Source: an uncultured Peptococcaceae bacterium (GTDB lineage Bacteria > Bacillota > UBA994). From it: a DNA stretch of 51,086 nucleotides. Below are positions 38,277 through 47,101 of this stretch, piece by piece. The translations under genes and the position numbers were made by a program. The stretch's first letter is position 1. Every line of letters starts with the position of its first letter. The stretch is from positions 14,478 through 65,563 of the forward strand of contig CAYGHR010000001.1 of NCBI GenBank assembly GCA_964349715.1, read 5' to 3'. The notes under the pieces are model-generated. The model did no database searches, was not told the origin of the DNA, and worked only from the letters and a program-made list of their open reading frames with translations.

Positions 38277-38993
38277 CTACCTCCCCTCGATGGGTTTAGC
38301 CCACTCAAAACGCAGTGGGCGCGTAAACCCCGGAACCTCTAGTGTGCTGTGCTGCGTAATCGCAATCTCCATGCCGAAGTAGCCTAACGTCTCCACTATG
38401 CCCCCACGCATGCGCAAGGAGCTCTCCATGGCGGCCGTATTGCCGATAGCCGTGATGACAAACGGTGCCGCAATACGGGTATTGTTTACGGAAATGGCCG
38501 GACCGGCGCAATGGATTTCGGTCGATGCCAATAGGCGTTCTCCATTCACGGAAAGGGCTTCCGCGCCGGCCGCTCTGAGTACGTTGACGAGCTTTAGGAT
38601 ATCCTCATCGTGTATGATGAAGAGACGCGGGTCGTCCCCCTGCACCGGTGGCTTCTTGCTGTCGCTCAAGGTTATTACCAGTCCCGGACCTCTCACCGGT
38701 GTGATACCGGCTAGGAGACGAGCCCTGTCAAGCTCCGTACGCAGGAGGCCTAACGCCCCTTCCCCTTCTGTCAGGCTAAGCTCATAGCTCCGCACCCTGC
38801 TGCGTAGCTCCTCGAGGTCCTCCTGCAAAGTTTGGTTTTGGCGAATGGCATCCATGAGCATTACCCTCATTTCGCTCGTACGCAAATCAGGCACTGCGGA
38901 AGTCAGGTTCCCGGTGCTCCTAATTTGTACGGCCAACAATATCCCGATAGAGACGCATACGGCTGTTAGTACTAAGCGCGAACTTCCCCTCAC
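38277..38993 (-). CDS. DUF881 domain protein (YlxW/YlxX-like, division-associated)
   Basis: ORF 38277..38993. N-terminal TM, coiled-coil segment, C-terminal GPGLVITLSD..INGERL pattern. RBS is AAGGAAGG. Confidence 0.8.
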   Translation of the reverse strand: MRGSSRLVLTAVCVSIGILLAVQIRSTGNLTSAVPDLRTSEMRVMLMDAIRQNQTLQEDLEELRSRVRSYELSLTEGEGALGLLRTELDRARLLAGITPVRGPGLVITLSDSKKPPVQGDDPRLFIIHDEDILKLVNVLRAAGAEALSVNGERLLASTEIHCAGPAISVNNTRIAAPFVITAIGNTAAMESSLRMRGGIVETLGYFGMEIAITQHSTLEVPGFTRPLRFEWAKPIEGR

Positions 38994-38997
38994 TAGC

Positions 38998-39720
38998 TTA
39001 CCTTCCTTTGTAAACGGGGATTTCCCCGGTCATATCGATGTACGCTACGGTCGCAGGCGACAATCCCCTAACCTCATAAGCATAGAGCACAGCGGAAAGC
39101 AAAGCAAGCCTTGTAGGTGCACCCTGATGACTGCCAATTTTTATTCTGATGCCCGCAGTGGTAGTCAGGCACATCTCGCCTGCGGGAGTCACGTGCAATT
39201 CGGAGATGCGCGCCCTGACATTGCTAGGAATGGCAGCCATCGCAGCTCGGGCGCCCTCGAAATGTTCGCCCGCAAGCTTGTCCCCAAGAACGACATTTGA
39301 CAATGAGACGCCGGTGATAATCGGCAGATTCACCAAACTAAAGTTAGAGACGATGGATACGACGGTTGCGTTGCGGTCGATCTCTACAAACCCGACATGA
39401 TAGGGCAACACCGCGAGTCCTATGCTCTCTTCGATGCGTATGCGCAACTTCGCGGGGAGCGCGCGCGTTACCTCAGCACTGAGGATACGCGGGTCGGCCA
39501 GCAGTCTCCTTTCAATTTCGCGGAGACTTAGTCTGAGGAGCGGCGCACCTTTCCACACGCCTGCCAGTTCTTCTATTTGTCTCACTGACACGGTCTCCGC
39601 TCCTAGGACCTCAATCGTTTCTACGCCAAAAAACACAGCAGAGTGCGCAATCTGCCAAAGGAACAGGAGTACGAGCGAGAGCAAAAACAAAGCCTTCTGT
39701 AAATGTTTCGAGCTGTCCAC
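38998..39720 (-). CDS. ftsQ: Cell division protein FtsQ/DivIB (POTRA domain)
   Basis: ORF 38998..39720. TM, then POTRA-like IEVLGAETVSVRQIEELAGV..LLRLSLREIERRLLADPRILSAEVTR. Position between murA and ftsA. Confidence 0.85.
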   Translation of the reverse strand: MDSSKHLQKALFLLSLVLLFLWQIAHSAVFFGVETIEVLGAETVSVRQIEELAGVWKGAPLLRLSLREIERRLLADPRILSAEVTRALPAKLRIRIEESIGLAVLPYHVGFVEIDRNATVVSIVSNFSLVNLPIITGVSLSNVVLGDKLAGEHFEGARAAMAAIPSNVRARISELHVTPAGEMCLTTTAGIRIKIGSHQGAPTRLALLSAVLYAYEVRGLSPATVAYIDMTGEIPVYKGR

Positions 39721-39738
39721 CGTACCTCCTGCCTCTCA

Positions 39739-40992
39739 CTAGATTCTCTCAATGGCCGCGCCAAGCACACGTAAATCCTCAACCAAGCTAGCATACCCAC
39801 GGGCCACATGATGTACCTCGTCGACTATCGTTATGCCTTGTGCGGCAAGTCCGGCTAGGGTCAACGCCGCACCCGCGCGCAGGTCGCTAGCACTAACTAA
39901 CGCACCCGTAAGTCGTTCCACTCCCCTAATGACCGCGCTTCGCCCCTCTACCTTAATGCTTGCGCCAAGGCGATTAAGTTCATCGACATGCTTAAACCTA
40001 CTCTCAAAGACGGTTTCGGTCAATACGGAGGTGCCATCTGCTAAGCACAAGGCCGCTAGGAGCGGGGCCTGCAAGTCAGTAGGGAAGCCTGGGAAGGGAG
40101 ATGTCCTGATTGACTCAAGCGCTTTAGGTCGGCCACGCCCCACAACAGTTACACCCGAACCGTCAGGCAATACCAAGGCACCCATCTCACGCAGCTTGGC
40201 AAGCAGCGGTTCCAGTTGGTCCGGCGGTGCCGGGAAAACCGTGACCTGCCCCTGCGTCATAGCCGCACCTAAGAGATAGGTTCCTGCGACAATGCGGTCG
40301 GGAATAATCGTATGCTCCGCTCCATGTAGCCGCGTAACACCGCGGATAGAGATGCGGTCAGTACCTGCACCGGAGACATCCGCACCCATGGCGTTAAGAA
40401 AGTTCTGTAAGTCCACAATCTCCGGTTCCCTAGCGGCATTGCGGATGATGGTCTCCCCTGCGGCTAGGGTTGCCGCCATCATGATGTTTTCTGTCGCCCC
40501 CACGCTTGGCGAGTTGAGATGGAAGTCAACTCCCCGCAGCGTCTCCATATGTGCCCTGAGGAGCCCGCGCCCTTCATCCTCGACATGTGCCCCGAGGGCT
40601 CTCAGCCCCTTGAGATGAAGGTCAATGGGACGCGAACCTATAGCGCAACCACCTGGATAGGACGCAACGACTCGTCCGGCGCGGGCCAAGAGAGGCCCGA
40701 TCAGGATTATCGATGACCGCATCTCCCGCATTAAGTGTTCGGGGATAACGCAATCCGTGATGCGCTCTGCCGAAATGAGCAGGTCATCGCCTTCCCATTC
40801 GCATTCTACGCCTAGACTATGTAAGATACTGCGCATTACATCTATGTCGGTTAGTTTCGGGATATTGCGCAACCTAACGGGCTCGTCGGTCAAGATACTG
40901 GCAGCAATGATTGGCAGAGCCGAGTTCTTGGCTCCCTGCACCTTAACGGTGCCGTAAAGAGGCCGCCCCCCCGCAATGACAAAACGGTCCAC
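39739..40992 (-). CDS. murA: UDP-N-acetylglucosamine 1-carboxyvinyltransferase
   Basis: ORF 39739..40992. VQGAKNSALPI and the catalytic Cys context PGGCAIGSRPIDLHLKGL are present. GTG start follows AAAGGAG. Confidence 0.93.
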   Translation of the reverse strand: MDRFVIAGGRPLYGTVKVQGAKNSALPIIAASILTDEPVRLRNIPKLTDIDVMRSILHSLGVECEWEGDDLLISAERITDCVIPEHLMREMRSSIILIGPLLARAGRVVASYPGGCAIGSRPIDLHLKGLRALGAHVEDEGRGLLRAHMETLRGVDFHLNSPSVGATENIMMAATLAAGETIIRNAAREPEIVDLQNFLNAMGADVSGAGTDRISIRGVTRLHGAEHTIIPDRIVAGTYLLGAAMTQGQVTVFPAPPDQLEPLLAKLREMGALVLPDGSGVTVVGRGRPKALESIRTSPFPGFPTDLQAPLLAALCLADGTSVLTETVFESRFKHVDELNRLGASIKVEGRSAVIRGVERLTGALVSASDLRAGAALTLAGLAAQGITIVDEVHHVARGYASLVEDLRVLGAAIERI

Positions 40993-41064
40993 CTCTGTCG
41001 CTCCTTTCGCTCCTACAGCGCTCGCTACTGCACCAGTGTATGCGCGGGGGAACGCAAGGGTGAG

Positions 41065-42180
41065 TCACTGCTCCCGCCCCATAACCTGTTCCATTAGGTC
41101 GCAAAGGTCACTGGCAGCATTGGGAAACGCTAAGGTCCTGCATTTTGTGGCCATTTCTCTGAGTCTGGCAGGGTCACCGAACAGGCCGCAAATCGTCCTC
41201 GCTAAAGCCTGTCCGGTCAGGAAGCGCTCCTCCAGGAGAATTGCTCCGCCGGCGCGCTCTACCTCGCGGGCATTATGCAGTTGGTGGTCATTTGGCGCCG
41301 TGGGGAGAGGGATAAGAATGGAAGGCTTACCCAACAAGGCAAGTTCTGCCGTAATTCCTCCGGCGCGAGAGACGACCAGATCGGCCGCCGCCAACACGTC
41401 GGGCATGTTTGTGGCGTAGTCTACCACGCGCACCTGCTCGGGGGAAAAGTCACGCGCCGCAAGCAATGTAGCGCCATAATGCCGCTTACCCGCCACATGG
41501 TATACTGCGACCTTAGCCTGGGCCAGAGCGGAATACGCGCTTATCACAGCCTGATTAAGCGCCTCTGCTCCGCCGCTACCGCCCACTACCACCAAGAGTT
41601 TTTGCCCTTCGCTGATGCCAAGTTCTTGCCTAGCGCGCTGCCTGTCCACGACGAAAAGCTCCGGGCGCAGTGGATTCCCCGTTACCGTTACTTTTGCGGC
41701 CGGGAAACGGCTTCGGGCCGCGACGTGACTCACTGCTATGCCGCGCACGAATCTGCCCAAAAGACGGTTAGTCAAACTGGGAAAGGCATTCTGCTCATGT
41801 ATAAGCGTCGGGAAGCCTAGGAGAGCTGCAGCCAGTAAGAGGGGCCCCGCGGCATACCCTCCCGTCCCGACCACGACATGGGGCGAGACCTCGCGCAACA
41901 GGGCGCTCGCCGCGACAACCGCCCGCAGCGCTCGCCATGCGCTCTGCACCTGCCGCAACGACAGACGGCGCGGCAACGACGTAATCTCAAGGGTTCTTAG
42001 CTTGAAGCCGGCTGCCGGCACGATGTCTCTTTCCATGCCGCGGGCGGCGCCTACAAAGAGAATCTCGGCGTCAGCGTGTCGCTTCTCAATCTCCCTGGCC
42101 AAGGCAATGGCTGGGTAGATGTGGCCGCCTGTGCCGCCTCCGGCGAGTACAACACGTAACTTCTGCATGGTATCCCTCAT
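41065..42180 (-). CDS. murG: Undecaprenyldiphospho-muramoylpentapeptide beta-N-acetylglucosaminyltransferase
   Basis: ORF 41065..42180. LAGGGTGGHIYPAIA and the C-terminal GGITAELA..P..DHQ..NA motif are present. ATGA overlap with ftsW (ATG at 42168 is an alternative start). Confidence 0.93.
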   Translation of the reverse strand: MRDTMQKLRVVLAGGGTGGHIYPAIALAREIEKRHADAEILFVGAARGMERDIVPAAGFKLRTLEITSLPRRLSLRQVQSAWRALRAVVAASALLREVSPHVVVGTGGYAAGPLLLAAALLGFPTLIHEQNAFPSLTNRLLGRFVRGIAVSHVAARSRFPAAKVTVTGNPLRPELFVVDRQRARQELGISEGQKLLVVVGGSGGAEALNQAVISAYSALAQAKVAVYHVAGKRHYGATLLAARDFSPEQVRVVDYATNMPDVLAAADLVVSRAGGITAELALLGKPSILIPLPTAPNDHQLHNAREVERAGGAILLEERFLTGQALARTICGLFGDPARLREMATKCRTLAFPNAASDLCDLMEQVMGREQ

Positions 42181-43277
42181 TCACTGATGTGCTTCGAAAT
42201 GTTGAGTAGAATCCCCAGTGAGGACATGACGATCAAAAGGGAGCTACCCCCATAACTGACGAGCGGGAGAGTGATGCCTGTCACAGGGACAGAAGCCGTG
42301 ACCACCGCGACATTGATCATAGCCTGTGACACGACCATAGACGTGATGCCCGTAGCCACCAGTCCGCCGAAGCGGTCCGGTGCCCGCAGTGCTACCCGCA
42401 TGCCGCGCACCGCAACTACCGCGAAGAGGACGATGAGCGCGCCCCCCCCTAGAAATCCAAGTTCCTCAGCGATGGTGGAGAAGATAAAGTCATTATGCGG
42501 CTCAGGTAAGAAGAATTGCTTCTGCAGGCCTCCGCCCCAGCCGCGACCGAATAGCCCCCCCGTGCCGATGGCGTACAGCGACTGTATAATCTGATAGCCG
42601 GTGTCGAGGGGGTCCTTCCAGGGGTCTAGAAAGGCAAGATAGCGCTCAAAGCGGTAGGGAGCTATACGAATCAACTGCGCCAACAACACCGCCCCCAAGC
42701 CTCCCAGGCCAAGCATTTGCCAGAGCGGGAGGCCGCCCACAAACAGCACTAGGCCAAAGACTAGGACAATAGCCACTGCGGTGCCGAGGTCAGGCTGCAG
42801 GAGGATGAGCGACGCCACTAGCCCCGCCACAGCGAGTAAGGGGAGCGTACCGCGCACAAACGAGATGAGTCGCCCGGGACGTCTAGCCAGTCTGTCTGCC
42901 AGCCAAATCATCAGTGTCACCTTCGCTACCTCCGAAGGCTGCACCCTCACTGCGCCTAGGTTCACCCAGCGGGAAGAACCCTGAATTGTCACACCTAGGC
43001 CCGGCATCCACACCAGCAGCAAAAGAATGATGGTACAAACAAGGCCGAGACCGGCAAGCTGCTGCCATTTGCGGTAATTGATGCGACTGGTTGCGTATAG
43101 GGCGAGGGTCCCTAGGATTGTCCAGAGAATCTGCCTGATGATGAAATGCCACTGGTGCCCGACTAGCGCATGGGACAACGAAGTGCTGGCGCTAAACACC
43201 ATCACCACGCCTATACATATGAGCGACAGGATCGCCGCCAGAAGAATGTAGTCGGGAGAGCGGCGTTTCACCTGCAT
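42177..43277 (-). CDS. ftsW: SEDS-family peptidoglycan polymerase FtsW/SpoVE
   Basis: ORF 42177..43376. ATG at 43277 (MQVKRRSPDYILL..) lies 5 nt after the mraY stop. SEDS motifs RWVNLG..VQPSE and LPEPHNDFIF are present. Confidence 0.9.
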   Translation of the reverse strand: MQVKRRSPDYILLAAILSLICIGVVMVFSASTSLSHALVGHQWHFIIRQILWTILGTLALYATSRINYRKWQQLAGLGLVCTIILLLLVWMPGLGVTIQGSSRWVNLGAVRVQPSEVAKVTLMIWLADRLARRPGRLISFVRGTLPLLAVAGLVASLILLQPDLGTAVAIVLVFGLVLFVGGLPLWQMLGLGGLGAVLLAQLIRIAPYRFERYLAFLDPWKDPLDTGYQIIQSLYAIGTGGLFGRGWGGGLQKQFFLPEPHNDFIFSTIAEELGFLGGGALIVLFAVVAVRGMRVALRAPDRFGGLVATGITSMVVSQAMINVAVVTASVPVTGITLPLVSYGGSSLLIVMSSLGILLNISKHISE

Positions 43278-43282
43278 CGGCT

Positions 43283-44263
43283 CTATCCCCCCATTCCATG
43301 TAGACCTAATAACCCTAGGGCGGCGCACAGCACCCCGACCAGATAGTAAACTGCCACGATTTTTCTCTCCGACCAACCCCTAAGTTCCAGCGCGTGGTGG
43401 AAAGGAGCCATGCGAAACAGGCGTCTGCCATGGGAGAGGCGAAAGTAGACGACCTGCAACATTACGGAAAGTGTGCTCCATACGTAGATTAGACCTATCA
43501 CCGGGAGAAGCAGCTCGGTCTTAGTCAGGACGCTCATCGCCACCAACCCTCCTCCGAGCGCTAGCGACCCCACATCACCCATAAACACTCGCGCGGGATG
43601 GGCGTTATAGTACAGAAACCCAAGCAGAGAACCTGTTAAGGCTAAGGCAAACAGCACGACCTCAGGTACGGCAGTGACCAGCCCCACCACCGCATAGGCT
43701 AAGCCGGCAATCGCCACTGTGCCCGCTGCCAGCCCATCTACGCCGTCCGTTAGGTTTACGGCATTGCTGAAGCCCATCCCCCAGAGCAACAACAGGGCCC
43801 AATAGAGGGGCCCAAGCTCCAACCTAAGCCCTAGGACCGGCACTGCTACATGCGTGCTGTGGCCGGTAAAGTACAGAATCAAAGCGGCGGACATTGTAAG
43901 CAAAGCTTGCCAGCCAAGTTTCTCACGCGCCAATAGACCTAAAGGACGGCGAAAGACCACTTTTAAGGCATCATCCGCGAGCCCCACCATACCAAACCCC
44001 AGTGTCAAGACGGAAATGACCATTAACCGTGCCGGCCCTAGCGACATCTGCAATGCAAAAAACCAAAGAAGGGCTAAAGAGGTGCCAAGAAATATGAGGC
44101 CCCCCATAGTTGGCGTCCCCTTTTTTGACAGATGGGACTGAGGGCCATCCGCCCTAATGATTTGCCCCAGCCGTAAGCGCGTCAACAGCGGCAGAATAAG
44201 GCCCCCGAGCGCTACGCTGACAGCTATGGCGGCAATGCTGATGTACCAGAACTCAACCTGCAT
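43283..44263 (-). CDS. mraY: Phospho-N-acetylmuramoyl-pentapeptide-transferase
   Basis: ORF 43283..44317. ATG at 44263 lies 1 nt after the murF stop. KKGTPTMGG and NAVNLTDGVDGLA motifs are present. Confidence 0.93.
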   Translation of the reverse strand: MQVEFWYISIAAIAVSVALGGLILPLLTRLRLGQIIRADGPQSHLSKKGTPTMGGLIFLGTSLALLWFFALQMSLGPARLMVISVLTLGFGMVGLADDALKVVFRRPLGLLAREKLGWQALLTMSAALILYFTGHSTHVAVPVLGLRLELGPLYWALLLLWGMGFSNAVNLTDGVDGLAAGTVAIAGLAYAVVGLVTAVPEVVLFALALTGSLLGFLYYNAHPARVFMGDVGSLALGGGLVAMSVLTKTELLLPVIGLIYVWSTLSVMLQVVYFRLSHGRRLFRMAPFHHALELRGWSERKIVAVYYLVGVLCAALGLLGLHGMGG

Positions 44264-44264
44264 C

Positions 44265-45626
44265 TTACTCTGCCCCTTTAAGCAGGGCGGCCACAATCTG
44301 CTCCATGCGCAGCCCACGGGAGCCCTTGATCAGTACAACATCCCCCGGTCTGAGTTCGCCTTTAAGCAGCACGACCGCCTCGCCCGGCGTGTGGCATGTG
44401 TATACGGGCTTGGTGACGCGAGACGAGACCTCTGCCGCAATTACCTCCGCTTCGGCCCCCACGGTGAAGACGACATCGCAGATGGCAGCCGCCGCGCTCC
44501 CTACCTCCTGATGTGCGGCTCGGCTGCGCGAACCAAGCTCATACATACTCCCAAGCACGGCGATGCGTCGCCCGGCGGCCTTGGTCTCACTTAGGGTTGT
44601 GAGTGCGGCTAACATGGAGACAGGGCTCGCGTTATACGTGTCGTCGATAATTACTACACCTTCTGCTGACACGAAGACGTTTAGACGCTGTTCACTTGGC
44701 GGGCAGGCGGCGATAGCCGCAATGGCCTTTGGCAACTCGACGCCTAAAGCACACGCTACAGCCACCGCGGCAGCGGCATTGTAGACGTGGTGACGCCCCG
44801 GCCACGGGCACCACACTGTGTGTTCATCCCCGCCTTTGCGCAAAGGGAAGGAGTAGTGTCCAAACGCATTGGCCTCTGCTCTACCTATTACCCAGTCAGA
44901 TTCTGCATGTGTGCCGAATGACACAACCGACCCTCTCGCTAGACCCGCGAGGTACGCAAAATAGTCGTCATCACGGTTAAGAATGGCGCGCGCGTTCGGG
45001 TTGCTGCCCTGCAAGATTTCCGCCTTGGCGCGCGCAATGTTGTCACGCGAACCTAAGAGCTCAATGTGGGCCTCGCCAATATTGGTTATGACCGCAACAT
45101 CAGGCGGAGCGATGTCGGTGAGAAAAGCAATCTGCCCAAGACCACGCATGGCCATCTCCAACACAAAAACTTCTTCCTGCCGGTGCCCTAAGACGCTAAT
45201 CGGAAGACCAATCTCAGTGTTTTGGTTACCGGAGCTCTTTAAGACGCTGTACTTTGCGCTTAGGGCGGCTGCCGTGAGCTCCTTGCAGCTCGTTTTCCCT
45301 ACGCTGCCTGTAACCGCCACGACCCGCGCTTTGGTGCTCTGCATGTAAGCGCGGGCCAGCTGGGAAATCGCCCGGCGAGTGTCCTGAACCACCACTACCG
45401 GACACCCATAGTCGCCTGGGCGGGAGACCACAGCCGCTACCGCTCCGGCGCGGATGGCTGCCGCGACGTGCGCATGGCCGTCCTCCCTCGCGCCCATCAG
45501 TGCAAAGAAAAGTTGACCCGCGCTTACTTTGCGGCTGTCTGAGGCTACCCCTTCCGCTGTGAGCGTCGCCCCCTCCAGTCGTCCCCCCGTCACTGCTGCC
45601 ACCCAGTCGAGATTAAGCTTCGTCAC
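44265..45626 (-). CDS. murF: UDP-N-acetylmuramoyl-tripeptide--D-alanyl-D-alanine ligase
   Basis: ORF 44265..45626. VTGSVGKTSCKE P-loop and DDTYNASP motif are present. GTGA overlap with murE. Confidence 0.92.
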   Translation of the reverse strand: MTKLNLDWVAAVTGGRLEGATLTAEGVASDSRKVSAGQLFFALMGAREDGHAHVAAAIRAGAVAAVVSRPGDYGCPVVVVQDTRRAISQLARAYMQSTKARVVAVTGSVGKTSCKELTAAALSAKYSVLKSSGNQNTEIGLPISVLGHRQEEVFVLEMAMRGLGQIAFLTDIAPPDVAVITNIGEAHIELLGSRDNIARAKAEILQGSNPNARAILNRDDDYFAYLAGLARGSVVSFGTHAESDWVIGRAEANAFGHYSFPLRKGGDEHTVWCPWPGRHHVYNAAAAVAVACALGVELPKAIAAIAACPPSEQRLNVFVSAEGVVIIDDTYNASPVSMLAALTTLSETKAAGRRIAVLGSMYELGSRSRAAHQEVGSAAAAICDVVFTVGAEAEVIAAEVSSRVTKPVYTCHTPGEAVVLLKGELRPGDVVLIKGSRGLRMEQIVAALLKGAE

Positions 45627-47083
45627 GGGAGCCGCCTCCGCAGGGCACTTCTGGCCTCTTCACGGTCGTCAAAGTGAAAGACGCCCTCTCTTGTCACCTG
45701 CGTAGTCTCGTGCCCTTTGCCGGCAATTAAGACTACGTCGCCCTTCTCCGCCAGCGCCATCGCCAGACCAATGGCTTTGCCACGTTCAGGCTCTACCCTG
45801 AGGCTGTCCTCATTGCCCCGTGGGAGTCCGTCTAAAATATCGGCAATGATCTGCAGGGGGTCCTCTGAGCGCGGATTGTCAGAAGTCACAACGACTACAT
45901 CGGCGAAGCGTGCGGCAATCGCCCCCATGAGCGGACGCTTGCCACGGTCGCGGTCACCGCCGCAGCCAAAGACAAGGATGATTCTCCTCTCCGCGAAACC
46001 CTTAACCGCTCGCAGGACATTCTCAAGTCCGTCGGGAGAATGGGCATAATCCACGAGTACGGTAAACTGCTGTCCTTCACTGATCGGTTCCATGCGCCCC
46101 GGGACCCCGGGCAAACTCAACCCGCGCGCCACATCCCCCAGCGTGGCCCCTTCCGCGAGTGACGCTCCGGCTGCCGCCAATGCATTATAGATGCTGTGCG
46201 CCCCGGGGGTGACAATGCTCACTTCCTGCTCTCCCCATGGCGTCCGCAGGATAAAGGTAGAGCCGCCCGCACCCTGGCGAATTGCCGTGGCCGCGATGTC
46301 GGCTTTATGGACAAGCCCAAAGGTAAGGACTTGTCCGCTACATAGCGGGACGAGGCGCCCGCCGTAGGCATCGTCCACATTTATCACGGCTGTCTTCCCC
46401 ATTGTGTTTGTTGGCTCGGTGAACAGCCGCGCCTTAGCCCGAAAGTAATTCTCCATGGTGCAGTGAAAGTCGAGGTGGTCCTGTGTGAGGTTTGTGAACA
46501 CTGCTGTGGTGTAGTCTACACGCGCTACGCGTTGCATAACCAGAGCATGAGACGACACTTCCATGACCGCATGACTGGCACCCATATCTGCCATGTCTCT
46601 GAGTAACTCCTGCAGTTGCGGTGCCTCAGGCGTAGTAAACTTGACCGGCAGGACCCTGTCTCCTACTTCAACTTGCACTGTACCTATGAGACCGACACTG
46701 CGACCCGTTTGGCGCAATATGTTCTTTACCAGATAGGTAGTCGTAGTCTTGCCGTTCGTTCCTGTGACGCCGATAACCCGCAGTCTCTTGGAAGGATACC
46801 CAAAAAACTTGGCAGCGAGCTCGGCGAGCGCTAAACGCCCGTCCTCGGCAACGGCCCAAGCAATATGTGGGGGAAGTTCAATCTGCCTAGTCGAAACAAT
46901 ACCGGACGCTCCCCGGTTGACGGCCTCGTGTATATAGTTGTGTCCGTCCGCTCGTTGCCCAACTAGGGCTACGAAAACAAAGCCAGGCTGTACAGCGCAG
47001 GCGAAGTGCGTGACCCCCGTCACGCAAGCGTCACCGCCGCTCGCTCGCACAGCGATGCCGGATAGAAGGTCTGAGAACTGCAT
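45623..47083 (-). CDS. murE: UDP-N-acetylmuramoyl-L-alanyl-D-glutamate--2,6-diaminopimelate ligase
   Basis: ORF 45623..47083. GVTGTNGKTTTTY, VDYAHSPD and DNPR (meso-DAP-type) motifs are present. Confidence 0.92.
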   Translation of the reverse strand: MQFSDLLSGIAVRASGGDACVTGVTHFACAVQPGFVFVALVGQRADGHNYIHEAVNRGASGIVSTRQIELPPHIAWAVAEDGRLALAELAAKFFGYPSKRLRVIGVTGTNGKTTTTYLVKNILRQTGRSVGLIGTVQVEVGDRVLPVKFTTPEAPQLQELLRDMADMGASHAVMEVSSHALVMQRVARVDYTTAVFTNLTQDHLDFHCTMENYFRAKARLFTEPTNTMGKTAVINVDDAYGGRLVPLCSGQVLTFGLVHKADIAATAIRQGAGGSTFILRTPWGEQEVSIVTPGAHSIYNALAAAGASLAEGATLGDVARGLSLPGVPGRMEPISEGQQFTVLVDYAHSPDGLENVLRAVKGFAERRIILVFGCGGDRDRGKRPLMGAIAARFADVVVVTSDNPRSEDPLQIIADILDGLPRGNEDSLRVEPERGKAIGLAMALAEKGDVVLIAGKGHETTQVTREGVFHFDDREEARSALRRRLP

Positions 47084-47101
47084 GTCTTCACGCCCCTTGC
47101 A

